Shown here piece by piece: positions 1-9,155 of a DNA stretch of 64,000 bases. Each line of letters opens with the position of its first letter. Position 1 is the stretch's first letter. The notes under the pieces were generated by a model. That model did not search any database. It worked only from the letters and a program-made list of their open reading frames with translations, and was not told where the DNA came from. The DNA lies in the NCBI GenBank assembly GCA_963668645.2, contig CAXXWC010000021.1, forward strand, positions 1,080,873-1,144,872, written 5' to 3'. The stretch comes from Desulfobacterales bacterium (GTDB lineage Bacteria > Desulfobacterota > Desulfobacteria > Desulfobacterales > UBA2174). Both the position numbers and the translations under genes were made by a program.

Positions 1-1956
1 CCCCTGGAAAAGCTTCTTGTTTTGCTGCGCACGCCGACCAGCGAAAGGCAGTTCCAGATGTACGAGGCCCTGCGCCAGGGCGCCGACGTGGAAACCCTGC
101 ACCGGCTGACCCACATCAAGCCCTGGTTCATCCAGCAGATGCAGGATCTGGTGGCTTTGGAGACCGACATCCTGTCTTGGAAGGGTAAATCTCTTCCCGA
201 TGAACTGCTGCGACGGGCCAAGCGGGACGGCTTTGCCGACCGCTACCTGGCGAGACTGCTGGGCGTTTCCGAGACGGAGATCCGCCGTCAGCGCCTGGCC
301 TTGGGGTTGGCCGAGGCTTGGGAACCGGTGCCGGTGTCGGGGGTGGAGAACGCCGCCTACTATTACTCGACGTACAACGCGTCCGACCGGGTGCCGGCCA
401 GCGATCGCAGGAAGATTATGGTCCTGGGCGGGGGGCCCAACCGCATCGGCCAGGGCATCGAATTCGACTACTGCTGCGTGCACGCCGCCTTTGCCATCCG
501 CGAGGCCGGCCTGGAGTCGATCATGGTCAACTGCAATCCCGAAACGGTCTCCACAGACTACGACACCTCGGACAAGCTCTATTTCGAGCCGCTGACCGTC
601 GAGGACGTGCTGAGCATCTACGAAAAGGAAAAGCCTGAGGGGATCATCGTCCAGTTCGGCGGCCAGACACCCTTGGACATCGCGGCCGAGCTTTCAGCCG
701 CTGGGGTAAAAATACTCGGCACCACCCCGGACACCATCGATCTGGCCGAAGACCGTGACCGCTTCCGCCAGATCATGCGCGAGCTGGGCATCCCCCAGCC
801 CGAATCGGGCATGGCGCACAACCTGGACGAGGCCCGGCGCATCGCCGCCGAAATCGGCTACCCGCTCATGGTGCGTCCCAGCTACGTGCTCGGCGGTCGC
901 GGGATGGAGATCGTACGCGACGAGCCGATGCTCGAAAGCTACGTCGAGGCGGCCGTGGAGCTGTCACCCGAACGGCCGATCCTCATCGACAAGTTTCTCG
1001 ACAACGCCATCGAGGCCGAGGCCGACGCTATCGCCGACGGCACGGACGCCTTCGTGCCGGCGGTGATGGAGCACATCGAGCTGGCCGGGATCCACTCGGG
1101 CGACTCGGCCTGCGTGATTCCGCCGGTGAGCATCGCCCCCAAGCATATCGACACCATCACCGAGTATACCCGCAAGATCGCCGTAGCCCTCAACGTGGTG
1201 GGGCTGATGAACATCCAGTACGCCATTTGCGAAAACACGGTCTACGTGCTCGAAGCCAATCCGCGGGCCTCGCGCACCGTGCCCATCGTCTCGAAGGTCT
1301 GCAACGTCTCCATGGCCAAGATCGCCACCCGGGTCATGCTCGGGCAAAAGCTGGCCGACCTGGGCCTCGTCCAGCGGCCCATCCCCCACTTCGGCGTCAA
1401 GGAGGCCGTCTTTCCCTTCAACATGTTTCCCGAGGTCGATCCGGTCCTGGGCCCTGAGATGCGCAGCACCGGAGAGGTGCTGGGCCTTGCGGACGCTTAC
1501 GGCCGGGCCTATTTCAAGGCCCAGGAAGCCACTCAGACCGCCCTGCCCCTGGACGGCACGGTCCTGTTCACCATCGCCGACCGCGACAAGAAGGCCGCCC
1601 TGGAGCCGGTGCGCCTTTTCAGGGAGCTGGGTTTCCGGATCATGGCCACCGACGGGACCCACGCCTTTTTAAAGGAGCAGGGGATCGAGACCATTCCGGC
1701 GCGCAAGCTCGGCTACGGGCGGCCCAACCTGGTGGATGCCATTAAAAACGGCGAGGTCAACCTGCTGGTCAACACGCCCAGCGGGAGGCGCAGCGCCGAG
1801 GACAGCTCCGAAGTGCGCCGTGCGGCCATCAAACACAAGGTCTGCTATATCACCACCACCGCGGCGGCCATCGCCGCGGCCCGGGGCATCGCCGCCCGCC
1901 GCCAGGGCGCCCCGAAGGTCAAGAGTCTCCAGGCCTACCACGGCGAAATCAAGTAA
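1..1956 (+). CDS. carB: carbamoyl-phosphate synthase large subunit, C-terminal part (5' end cut by the window)
   Basis: The frame is open from nt 1. The translation shows the second ATP-grasp half (GYPLMVRPSYVLGGRGM, IQYAI..VYVLEANPRASRT) and a C-terminal MGS-like allosteric domain. Confidence 0.95.
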   Translation, partial: PLEKLLVLLRTPTSERQFQMYEALRQGADVETLHRLTHIKPWFIQQMQDLVALETDILSWKGKSLPDELLRRAKRDGFADRYLARLLGVSETEIRRQRLALGLAEAWEPVPVSGVENAAYYYSTYNASDRVPASDRRKIMVLGGGPNRIGQGIEFDYCCVHAAFAIREAGLESIMVNCNPETVSTDYDTSDKLYFEPLTVEDVLSIYEKEKPEGIIVQFGGQTPLDIAAELSAAGVKILGTTPDTIDLAEDRDRFRQIMRELGIPQPESGMAHNLDEARRIAAEIGYPLMVRPSYVLGGRGMEIVRDEPMLESYVEAAVELSPERPILIDKFLDNAIEAEADAIADGTDAFVPAVMEHIELAGIHSGDSACVIPPVSIAPKHIDTITEYTRKIAVALNVVGLMNIQYAICENTVYVLEANPRASRTVPIVSKVCNVSMAKIATRVMLGQKLADLGLVQRPIPHFGVKEAVFPFNMFPEVDPVLGPEMRSTGEVLGLADAYGRAYFKAQEATQTALPLDGTVLFTIADRDKKAALEPVRLFRELGFRIMATDGTHAFLKEQGIETIPARKLGYGRPNLVDAIKNGEVNLLVNTPSGRRSAEDSSEVRRAAIKHKVCYITTTAAAIAAARGIAARRQGAPKVKSLQAYHGEIK

Positions 1957-1978
1957 TCTTCCGCGGTCCAGCACCCAG

Positions 1979-2011
1979 GCGGCCGGTTCCACGGGACCGG
2001 CCGCAAAAAAA
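1979..2011 (+). terminator. GC-rich hairpin directly after carB (terminator-like)
   Basis: A perfect 9-bp stem gcggccggt / accggccgc encloses an 8-nt loop. It is followed by an A7 run rather than a T run, so it is atypical for a plus-strand intrinsic terminator. Confidence 0.35.
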
Positions 2012-2104
2012 TCCCAGCCGGCAAAACGCATATGTGGTAAAAAAGAGTACCCGAACCATCGGTTGCCATGGGCCGTGACCTGCCCGTTGCCAGAGACTTG
2101 AATC

Positions 2105-2659
2105 ATGAACGTGACCCGTACCCCCATCCAAGATCTGGTCATCCTCGATCCCCGGGTTTTTGGAGACGCGCGGGGTTATTTTTTCGAGACCTATAACCAG
2201 GACACGTTCGAGCGCCTGGGAATCCGGATTCACTGGGTGCAGGACAACCACAGCCGCTCTGAGGCGGGTGTGCTGCGCGGTTTGCACTATCAGGCCGGCG
2301 CCAGCGCCCAGGACAAGTTGGTGCGCGTGACCGCCGGAGCCGCCTTCGACGTGGCGGTGGACTTGCGCCGCGCCAGTAAGAGCTTCGGGCGCTGGTTCGG
2401 GGTTGAACTCAGCGCCGAAAACAAACGCATGCTGCTCATTCCCAGAGGCTTCGCTCACGGCTTCCTGGCCCTGGCCCAAGGCACCGAAGTGCAATACAAG
2501 TGCTCGCAGCGCTACGACCCGGCCGCCGAGCGCGGAATCATCTGGAACGATGCGACACTGGCCATCGCCTGGCCCCTGTCCTCCGGTTCACCGTTGCTTT
2601 CCGAACGGGACCGGGCCTGGCCGGAGCTTGCCGCCGTCGCCAGGGAGGATCTGTTTTGA
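2105..2659 (+). CDS. rfbC: dTDP-4-dehydrorhamnose 3,5-epimerase
   Basis: 184 aa with a cupin-type RmlC pattern (DARGYFFETY, RGLHYQ, FAHGF). Confidence 0.93.
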   Translation: MNVTRTPIQDLVILDPRVFGDARGYFFETYNQDTFERLGIRIHWVQDNHSRSEAGVLRGLHYQAGASAQDKLVRVTAGAAFDVAVDLRRASKSFGRWFGVELSAENKRMLLIPRGFAHGFLALAQGTEVQYKCSQRYDPAAERGIIWNDATLAIAWPLSSGSPLLSERDRAWPELAAVAREDLF

Positions 2660-3510
2660 GCCGCATTCTGGTCACCGGCTGCCGCGGAATGCTCGGACGC
2701 ACCCTGATACGGCAGATCGGTGCCGATCATGAGGTGATCGGCACCGATCTGCCGGACGTGGACCTGACCCGGCCCGCAGCGACGGATGTGCTTGTCGGCG
2801 GTGTGAAGGCTGCGGTGGTGGTTCACACGGCGGCCTTTACCGCCGTGGACCGCTGCGAAAGCGAACCGGACCTTGCCTTTGCGGCCAACGCCCTGGCCAC
2901 AACCAACCTGGCTGCGGCCTGCCACCGGCACGGTGCCCGCCTGATCGCCATCGGCACGGACTACGTTTTTTCCGGCGAGCTGGAGGACCGCCCCTACCAT
3001 GAATGGGACCGGCCGGACCCGCGCACCGTCTACGGCCAAAGCAAGCTGGCCGGAGAAGCGGCCGTGACCCGCCACTGCCCGGATCACACCATCTTGCGCA
3101 TCGCCTGGCTCTATGGCCCTGGAGGACCGAGCTTCGTGCACACGATGCTCAAACTGGGGGCCCAAGACGGGCCGCCCCTCAAGGTGGTCAACGACCAGAG
3201 GGGCAACCCGACCAGCACGGATGTGGTGGCAGCGGTGATCGGCCGGCTGCTGGACCACCCGCTTGCCGGCACCGTGCATGCCACCTGTGAAGGGGAAACG
3301 ACGTGGTACGAACTGGCCCGCACGATTTTTGAAATGCGCGGTTTCTCGCGGCCGATCGTGCCGTGCACCAGCGCCGAATTTCCGCGCCCGGCGCCGCGGC
3401 CGGCCAACTCACGTCTGGAAAAGCGGGTTTGGCGCCTGGCGGGGATGCCGGCGCTGCCCGACTGGCGCGAAGCGCTGGAACGATTCTTTAGAGCGCACCC
3501 GGCCGGATAG
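2656..3510 (+). CDS. rfbD: dTDP-4-dehydrorhamnose reductase
   Basis: A TTG at 2656 overlaps the rfbC stop by 4 nt. The N-terminal Rossmann segment is ILVTGCRGMLG and the body is RmlD-like (YGQSKLAGE). The longer track ORF starting at 2500 overlaps rfbC and is rejected. Confidence 0.9.
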   Translation: MSRILVTGCRGMLGRTLIRQIGADHEVIGTDLPDVDLTRPAATDVLVGGVKAAVVVHTAAFTAVDRCESEPDLAFAANALATTNLAAACHRHGARLIAIGTDYVFSGELEDRPYHEWDRPDPRTVYGQSKLAGEAAVTRHCPDHTILRIAWLYGPGGPSFVHTMLKLGAQDGPPLKVVNDQRGNPTSTDVVAAVIGRLLDHPLAGTVHATCEGETTWYELARTIFEMRGFSRPIVPCTSAEFPRPAPRPANSRLEKRVWRLAGMPALPDWREALERFFRAHPAG

Positions 3511-3520
3511 GAGGCCTGGA

Positions 3521-4540
3521 TCAGGGAAGAACGGACCGATCGGCATCTCGGATAGGGCCTCCTTGGCAGGCACAACTTGAACGCAGCCCGGACGATTCCG
3601 GCCGGGGCGGCGAAGATCGCATTGAGGCTCCGACCTCCACCGCCGGACTTGCCATTTTTCCGATCCTCTCTTCGACCAGATAGGCATCCGCGGCCCTTTT
3701 ACCGACCTTCGCGCCTGCATCATGGGCGGGCTTCTTCCAACCTGGTAAAACGAAACGGTTAAAAGTCTCGGGCACGCAGACCCTGCCCCCGCCTTCCAGT
3801 TCGATTACATCGACGCAGGTATTGTAAAGCCGGTAAAGGTTGGCCTGGGTGACCACCTCGCCCGCGGTCCCTTCGGCCACCACCCGCCCGTTTTCGAGCA
3901 TGATCACGCGGTCGGATACCCACAGGGCATGGTCCGGAAAGTGGGTGGTCTTGATGAAGGTATAGCCGTCGCGGGCCAGATCGGCGATGCGCTCCAGAAG
4001 GCGCACTTGGTTGCCGTAGTCCAGCCCGTTGGCCGGTTCGTCCATGATGAAGATATCCGCCGCCTGGACAAGGGCGCGGGCGATGAGCACCAGTTGGCGC
4101 TCGCCGCCGCTGATGCCGGTGTAGGGCCGGTCTTTGAGGTGGCCGATGGAAAGCCGGTCCAGAGCCTTGAGGGCCATCTTTCGGTCCGCGGCACCGAAGC
4201 GAAAAAAGAACGGCTTGTGGGGCATGCGGCCCATGAGCACCACGTCCAGCACCCGGTAGCCGAAGGCCGCCAGATGGATCTGGGGCACATAGGCGATGCG
4301 CCGGGCTCTTTGCCGCGGAGCGATGGCTGTCACCGGCCGGCCGTCCAGCCGCACCTGGCCCTGCCAGGGCCGGGTGAGACCGAGCAGCAGCTTGAGCAGC
4401 GTGGTCTTGCCGCTGCCGTTGGGCCCCAGCAGGCACACAACCTCGCCGGGGGCCACGGCGAGCGAGACGTCTTCGAGGACCGGCAGGCGTGTGTAGCCGA
4501 AAGTGATGTGATCGACGCTGATCAGGGCCATCAGTGCCAT
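3521..4540 (-). CDS. ABC transporter ATP-binding protein (FepC/BtuD-type, iron-chelate or cobalamin class)
   Basis: Walker A GPNGSGKTT, signature SGGERQ, Walker B IFIMDEP. The start region overlaps the permease stop. About 80 low-complexity residues extend past the usual end of the domain. Confidence 0.88.
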   Translation of the reverse strand: MALMALISVDHITFGYTRLPVLEDVSLAVAPGEVVCLLGPNGSGKTTLLKLLLGLTRPWQGQVRLDGRPVTAIAPRQRARRIAYVPQIHLAAFGYRVLDVVLMGRMPHKPFFFRFGAADRKMALKALDRLSIGHLKDRPYTGISGGERQLVLIARALVQAADIFIMDEPANGLDYGNQVRLLERIADLARDGYTFIKTTHFPDHALWVSDRVIMLENGRVVAEGTAGEVVTQANLYRLYNTCVDVIELEGGGRVCVPETFNRFVLPGWKKPAHDAGAKVGKRAADAYLVEERIGKMASPAVEVGASMRSSPPRPESSGLRSSCACQGGPIRDADRSVLP

Positions 4541-5544
4541 CCTTTCCTGGCCTTGTGCAGCACGAAGGCGAAAAAGGGGATGCCGATCAGGGAGGTCAGT
4601 ATCCCGATGGGCACTTCCACACTGAAAAGCAGCCGGGCGATGTTGTCGGCAATCAACAGGTAAGTTGCCCCGATGAGGGCTGCTGCCGGCAGCAGGATGC
4701 GGTTGTCCGGTCCCACGAGCATGCGGGCGATGTGGGGCACCAGCAGCCCCACCCAGCCGATGATACCGCCCAGCACCACGGTCAGGGCGCTGGTCACGGT
4801 GGCCAGAAAGATGAACAGCAGCCGCAGCAGGCCGACGTTGACGCCCAGGGTGCGCGCCTCTTCGTCCCCCATGCTCAGCACGTTGAGGTATCCGCCCAGC
4901 AACACCAAAACGAGCGTGCCGCCGGCCATGGGCCCGGTGGCGGCCAGGACCGTGGCCCGGTCGACGGCCGAAAGGCCGCCCATCAGCCAGTAAATAATGG
5001 CCGGGAGCTGTTCGTAAGGATCGGCCAGATATTTGACCACCGACAACAGCGAGGTAAAGAGCGCGCCGCTGACGATGCCGCCCAGGATCAGCATCAGCAG
5101 CCGATCGGAGCGGTTAAAGGCCGACACGGCCAGGGCTGCCACTACGGCGATCAGGCCGAAACCGAAAGCCAAAGCCTGCACCATCCACCAGCTGCCGGCC
5201 AGGATCATGCCCACCGCGGCACCGAAGGAAGCCCCGGCCAGCACGCCCAGAAGCCCCGGGGAAACCAGAGGATTGATAAACATCGACTGAAATACCGCCC
5301 CGGAAACCGAAAGGGCCGCGCCGATGAGTACGGCGGCCATAATGCGTGGCAGACGGATATCGACCAGAACGTTGGCGATGATATGGGTCTGCCGGTCTGC
5401 AAGGGCCGGGGTATGAGAGAAGAGGCAGCCGCAAAAATCGGCCAGTTGCGCGCCGGTGACCGGGTAACGGCCCAGGGTGAGGGAAAAGCCGGCCGCCAGG
5501 CAGAGTATTACGAGCAGCACCGGGATGATCAGCGCTCGCTTCAC
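4531..5544 (-). CDS. ABC transporter permease, FecCD/BtuC family
   Basis: Polytopic hydrophobic protein with a FecCD-type pattern. The GTG start lies in a GTGA overlap with the stop of the upstream binding-protein gene. The track ORF extends to 5604. Confidence 0.87.
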   Translation of the reverse strand: MKRALIIPVLLVILCLAAGFSLTLGRYPVTGAQLADFCGCLFSHTPALADRQTHIIANVLVDIRLPRIMAAVLIGAALSVSGAVFQSMFINPLVSPGLLGVLAGASFGAAVGMILAGSWWMVQALAFGFGLIAVVAALAVSAFNRSDRLLMLILGGIVSGALFTSLLSVVKYLADPYEQLPAIIYWLMGGLSAVDRATVLAATGPMAGGTLVLVLLGGYLNVLSMGDEEARTLGVNVGLLRLLFIFLATVTSALTVVLGGIIGWVGLLVPHIARMLVGPDNRILLPAAALIGATYLLIADNIARLLFSVEVPIGILTSLIGIPFFAFVLHKARKGWH

Positions 5545-6575
5545 GGCGCAAGCAGGGCCCGCAATGCGGCGCCATCCAGGTCCACGTCGAGAAAGAGCCG
5601 GCAAAATCGGAGGGTCTCGGCCTCGATATCGATGGGGTAAAGGGCCGGATAGAGCCGATGCATCATCCAGTGCAGCCCGAGCAGGCGCATGAACGAGGGC
5701 GGCCGGTCGAACCAGTTAAACGGTTCGACCGGAATCCGGTACACCCGGCCGTCACGCACCGCACGGATGTTGCGCCACCTGGCATCGCCGGCCAGCCGGT
5801 CGAGGAAAAGCGCGTTGTGGGAGACGATGACCTGCGGATCGTAGGCCAGGACCTGCTCCATGGAAACCTTCTGCCTGCCGCTGCGTACCCGTTGGATGCA
5901 ACGATGGACGTTGCGGCCGCCGCTCAGGGGGATCAACTGGGCGTGCACCGAGTCGTTGCACTCGGTGCTCAACCCGTCGCCGTCTTCGGCGTAGTAGACC
6001 GCTGTGCGTTCATCGTCCGCAATGGCGGTTCGCACCCGGGCCGCAGCATCGAGGGTCTGGGCCGCGTAACGGCCGAGGGTCGCGGCCCGCTCCGGGCGAT
6101 CGAGCAGCCGGCCGAGGAAAGCGAAGGCCTCGGCATAGCCCTCCAGGTCATCGAGCACGATGTAGACGAACGGAATATCCAAAGGCTTCAGAGCCTGCTC
6201 GATCTTGTCGCAGGACGCGTCCCCCCGCCACCACCAGACCAGGATGACGTCCGGGTGCACCGCCATCAGGGTTTCGCGATTGCAGGTGCGGCCCTGGCCG
6301 AACCAGCCGCCGATTACCGGCAATGTTTCCAGGCGTGCAAAGTATCGTTTTTCCGTCGCCGTGAGCGGAACGTTCAGCCCGGCCACCAGACCGGGGTCCA
6401 TGGCGTAGATCATGTAAGTGGTCGGTGGAGAAGTACCGTACACCTTGCCGATCGTGGCCGGGACGGTGACCTGCCGCCCGCTCATGTCAATGATCTGGCG
6501 CGCCTGGGCCGCTGCGCCCCATGCCATCAGAAAAACCCACGCCATGACCAGCGGCTTGGTTGCGACTCTGTGCAT
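5541..6575 (-). CDS. periplasmic substrate-binding protein, BtuF/FhuD-like (class 8 PBP)
   Basis: The ATG at 6575 is preceded by AGGAGG and followed by a signal-peptide-like MHRVATKPLVMAWVFLMAWGAAAQA. It is first in the gene order with the FecCD permease and the ATPase. Confidence 0.85.
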   Translation of the reverse strand: MHRVATKPLVMAWVFLMAWGAAAQARQIIDMSGRQVTVPATIGKVYGTSPPTTYMIYAMDPGLVAGLNVPLTATEKRYFARLETLPVIGGWFGQGRTCNRETLMAVHPDVILVWWWRGDASCDKIEQALKPLDIPFVYIVLDDLEGYAEAFAFLGRLLDRPERAATLGRYAAQTLDAAARVRTAIADDERTAVYYAEDGDGLSTECNDSVHAQLIPLSGGRNVHRCIQRVRSGRQKVSMEQVLAYDPQVIVSHNALFLDRLAGDARWRNIRAVRDGRVYRIPVEPFNWFDRPPSFMRLLGLHWMMHRLYPALYPIDIEAETLRFCRLFLDVDLDGAALRALLAP

Positions 6576-6834
6576 CCGGCCTCCTAATCGCCTTAAACAG
6601 CTATGGTGGATCCAGGCATGGAGGCGCCGGGCGGCAGTACGTGACGGCATAAGCGCCTTGGCCCTCCTGCCAGTGCCGGTGGCGGGCGGGTTTTGCCATG
6701 GCATAGCAGGCCTGCGGCTGCCGGGTTACCACGGCCAGGGCCGCTGCGATACACTCCAGGCGCTCTTCGAGGCAGCAGGCCAGGATCACGGCCCGGCCGG
6801 CGGCGCCGTGAGCAGACGTCGCAGTGCCCCAGGC

Positions 6835-7461
6835 TCATTTGCGAATTACCATCCACAGGCCTACGTCCTCGTCGTCCACAATGGAAAAAGACGTGATTGC
6901 GGCCTTTTCGAGAGATGACAGAAAAAGGGTGTTCGTCTCCGGGCCCAGGTTGCGGCGCACTTTTTGGGAAAAAGGTTCGCCGGCGGCCCGGCGCGCCGCC
7001 ATCTGCCGTTCAATGTCCTCGCGCAGTTGCCGGGATCCGAATCCGCCGCCGATATAGGCCCAGCCCCCCGGGGCCAGCACGCGATAAATCTCGGATAGGG
7101 CCCGGGGCAGGTCCGTCCAGAAAAAAACCGACCCGCGGCTGACGGCCAGATCCACCACATTGTCCTTCAGTCCGATATCGGTCACGATTCCCTGAAGCGT
7201 CGCGGCGCGCTGTCCAAGGCCGTTTTCCACGATTGTACGCTCGGCGATGGCGAGCATTTCGGCAGACTGGTCGAAAAAACGCACGAACAGATCGCTGATC
7301 CGGCCCAGGGCCGCACCGAGGTATCCCCCGCCGCAGCCGATATCCAGACAAAGCCCCTGCCTCACGCCGGTGCGGGCGATGATCTGCTCGGCGATGAGCG
7401 GATAGACCGGGGCAAACACGCTGCGGGCGATCCGATCGAACTGTTGGGCATCTATTTTCAT
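6835..7461 (-). CDS. class I SAM-dependent methyltransferase
   Basis: Motif I is LDIGCGGGYLG and the post-I/II pattern is VLAPGGWAY. 208 aa. Confidence 0.75.
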   Translation of the reverse strand: MKIDAQQFDRIARSVFAPVYPLIAEQIIARTGVRQGLCLDIGCGGGYLGAALGRISDLFVRFFDQSAEMLAIAERTIVENGLGQRAATLQGIVTDIGLKDNVVDLAVSRGSVFFWTDLPRALSEIYRVLAPGGWAYIGGGFGSRQLREDIERQMAARRAAGEPFSQKVRRNLGPETNTLFLSSLEKAAITSFSIVDDEDVGLWMVIRK

Positions 7462-7845
7462 GGCGTGCTCTTTCCGTGAAAAGATTGCTGCAAGAAAGGC
7501 AGGTTAAGGCCCTACCTAATGCATGCTATAAAAGTCAAGTAATTTTTATAAAATACAATCTTGTTTAACCCGCCGACAGAAAGGGCGGAAAGGTTCGTGT
7601 TCGGGTCCATCACGTCAGGATGTGCCTCTAAATCAATAGATGGCCGAAAGTGCAGAAAAACCGTCCCGCAGAAATCCTTCATGGGCCAGAGCAGGCTATA
7701 AAGTACAAATCCAACGGATTATCGAGTACTTGTCAGCAACACCGGCCAAGCCCGAGAAAACGGCCTGATTGGGTCCAGGCGACGTTTTTGAATGGCGTCA
7801 TGTACTGTTTTTCAAATCCGGCGCGCAGCTCCTGGCCGTTGGGGC

Positions 7846-8973
7846 TTAAAGCGTTGCGATGACATTGCCGGTCACACAGTTGTCGTAGCCGGGCAATGTG
7901 CCGATCTCCATGCGCAGGCGATGGGACTGAAGCGTGTCGAGCAATATGGAGATGGTGGGATGGTCGAGCAGATCATCGGGGATCACCAGGTCGCAGCGGG
8001 CAGCCGTAACGGGTACAAAGCCGAGCCCGAACACCTCTGCCACGGCCCGCAGCCCCAGGGCGGCATCCGCCACGCCGCAAACGATGCGATAGGCGCCGTC
8101 TCGATGGGAAAACACCTCGTTGCCGTATCCATTGATGGCCTCGGCAGCGATTCCGGCGCGCTGCAAGTGGTCGTCGAGCAGAACCCGCAAAGCCGCACCC
8201 GGCTCGCGGTTGACGAAACGGACCATAGGCTGGGCCAGGTCCAGCACGGTACGGATACCCAGCGGGTTGCCCCGGGCCACCATCAGTCCCTCTTCCAGCA
8301 AAGAGAAGCCGAACACATGGCTGGCGGCCGAGAGGCATTGGCGCACCGCCTCGACATTGGACTCGCCCCTGCCCGAGTTGTGCAGATGGGTTCCGGCCAC
8401 ATGGGTCGTTCCCTGGGCGAGGCTGTTCAGGGCTTTATGGCTGGAGGCAAAACAGCAATGGACCCGTGCGTCCGGTGCCACACGGCTTACATGCTGGCCA
8501 AGGATTTCAAAAGCCGGATCACACCCCATCAAAATGACCGTCTTGGCCACACGGTCGGCCGGCAGCAGGATCCGGGCGCTTTTTCCGTCATTTGCCAGCA
8601 GGCCGTCGGCGCAGCGCAGCCCGAAAGGAACCGATTCCGCGCCTTCCAATGAAAAGCCCACCATCCGATCGCGCACGCGTCCCAAAGCCAGGCGCGCGGA
8701 TGGTTCGGCCGCACCGCTGATCACCTCCACCGGCAGATCCTGGGGCGCTGCGGCCTCCACGAACAGGTCCTCCACTCGGCAGCCGAACACTTTGGCCAAC
8801 CGCAGCGCGATAACCGTGTTGGGCAGATACCGGCCGGATTCGATATCGTAAATGGCCTGACGCCGCAGATCGAGGCATGCGGCGAGTTCTTCCTGGGACC
8901 ACCCCTTCTGAATTCGAAATTCCTTGACCTTGCACGTGATGGTATCGGATTGCTTGCTTTTTTTACGCCCCAT
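7846..8973 (-). CDS. one-component regulator: XRE-type HTH plus a PBP-like (COG1910, molybdate/tungstate-binding type) domain; TunR-like
   Basis: The N-terminal HTH is WSQEELAACLDLRRQAIYDIESGRYLPNTVIALRLAKVF. The roughly 290-aa C-terminal part looks like a periplasmic-binding-protein fold. It is divergent from the DUF364-modABC genes. Confidence 0.72.
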   Translation of the reverse strand: MGRKKSKQSDTITCKVKEFRIQKGWSQEELAACLDLRRQAIYDIESGRYLPNTVIALRLAKVFGCRVEDLFVEAAAPQDLPVEVISGAAEPSARLALGRVRDRMVGFSLEGAESVPFGLRCADGLLANDGKSARILLPADRVAKTVILMGCDPAFEILGQHVSRVAPDARVHCCFASSHKALNSLAQGTTHVAGTHLHNSGRGESNVEAVRQCLSAASHVFGFSLLEEGLMVARGNPLGIRTVLDLAQPMVRFVNREPGAALRVLLDDHLQRAGIAAEAINGYGNEVFSHRDGAYRIVCGVADAALGLRAVAEVFGLGFVPVTAARCDLVIPDDLLDHPTISILLDTLQSHRLRMEIGTLPGYDNCVTGNVIATL

Positions 8974-9155
8974 TGGCCCCCTCCCGGCAAGGATTCGACC
9001 CCGTGTTGGGTAATTCGAAGAAAATCTTGACCTAATTCAGTAACATATGTAATGATAACCAGTCAATCGAAGAATATAAGCGTCAATAAAAAGTTACCCA
9101 TCCCATTAGAAACGCTATTATAGTTTATTTAACATACAGTATGGAGCGACAACAC

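Noticed and set aside
2500-2655. Upstream extension of the rfbD ORF overlapping rfbC.
   Set aside because: It overlaps the conserved C-terminus of RfbC. The Rossmann motif starts right after the TTG at 2656, which overlaps the rfbC stop.
8991-9000. A tRNA T-arm-like string, ggattcgacc.
   Set aside because: There is no acceptor stem or anticodon arm context. It sits in a 180-bp AT-rich promoter spacer. No other tRNA- or rRNA-like sequence was noticed in the window.
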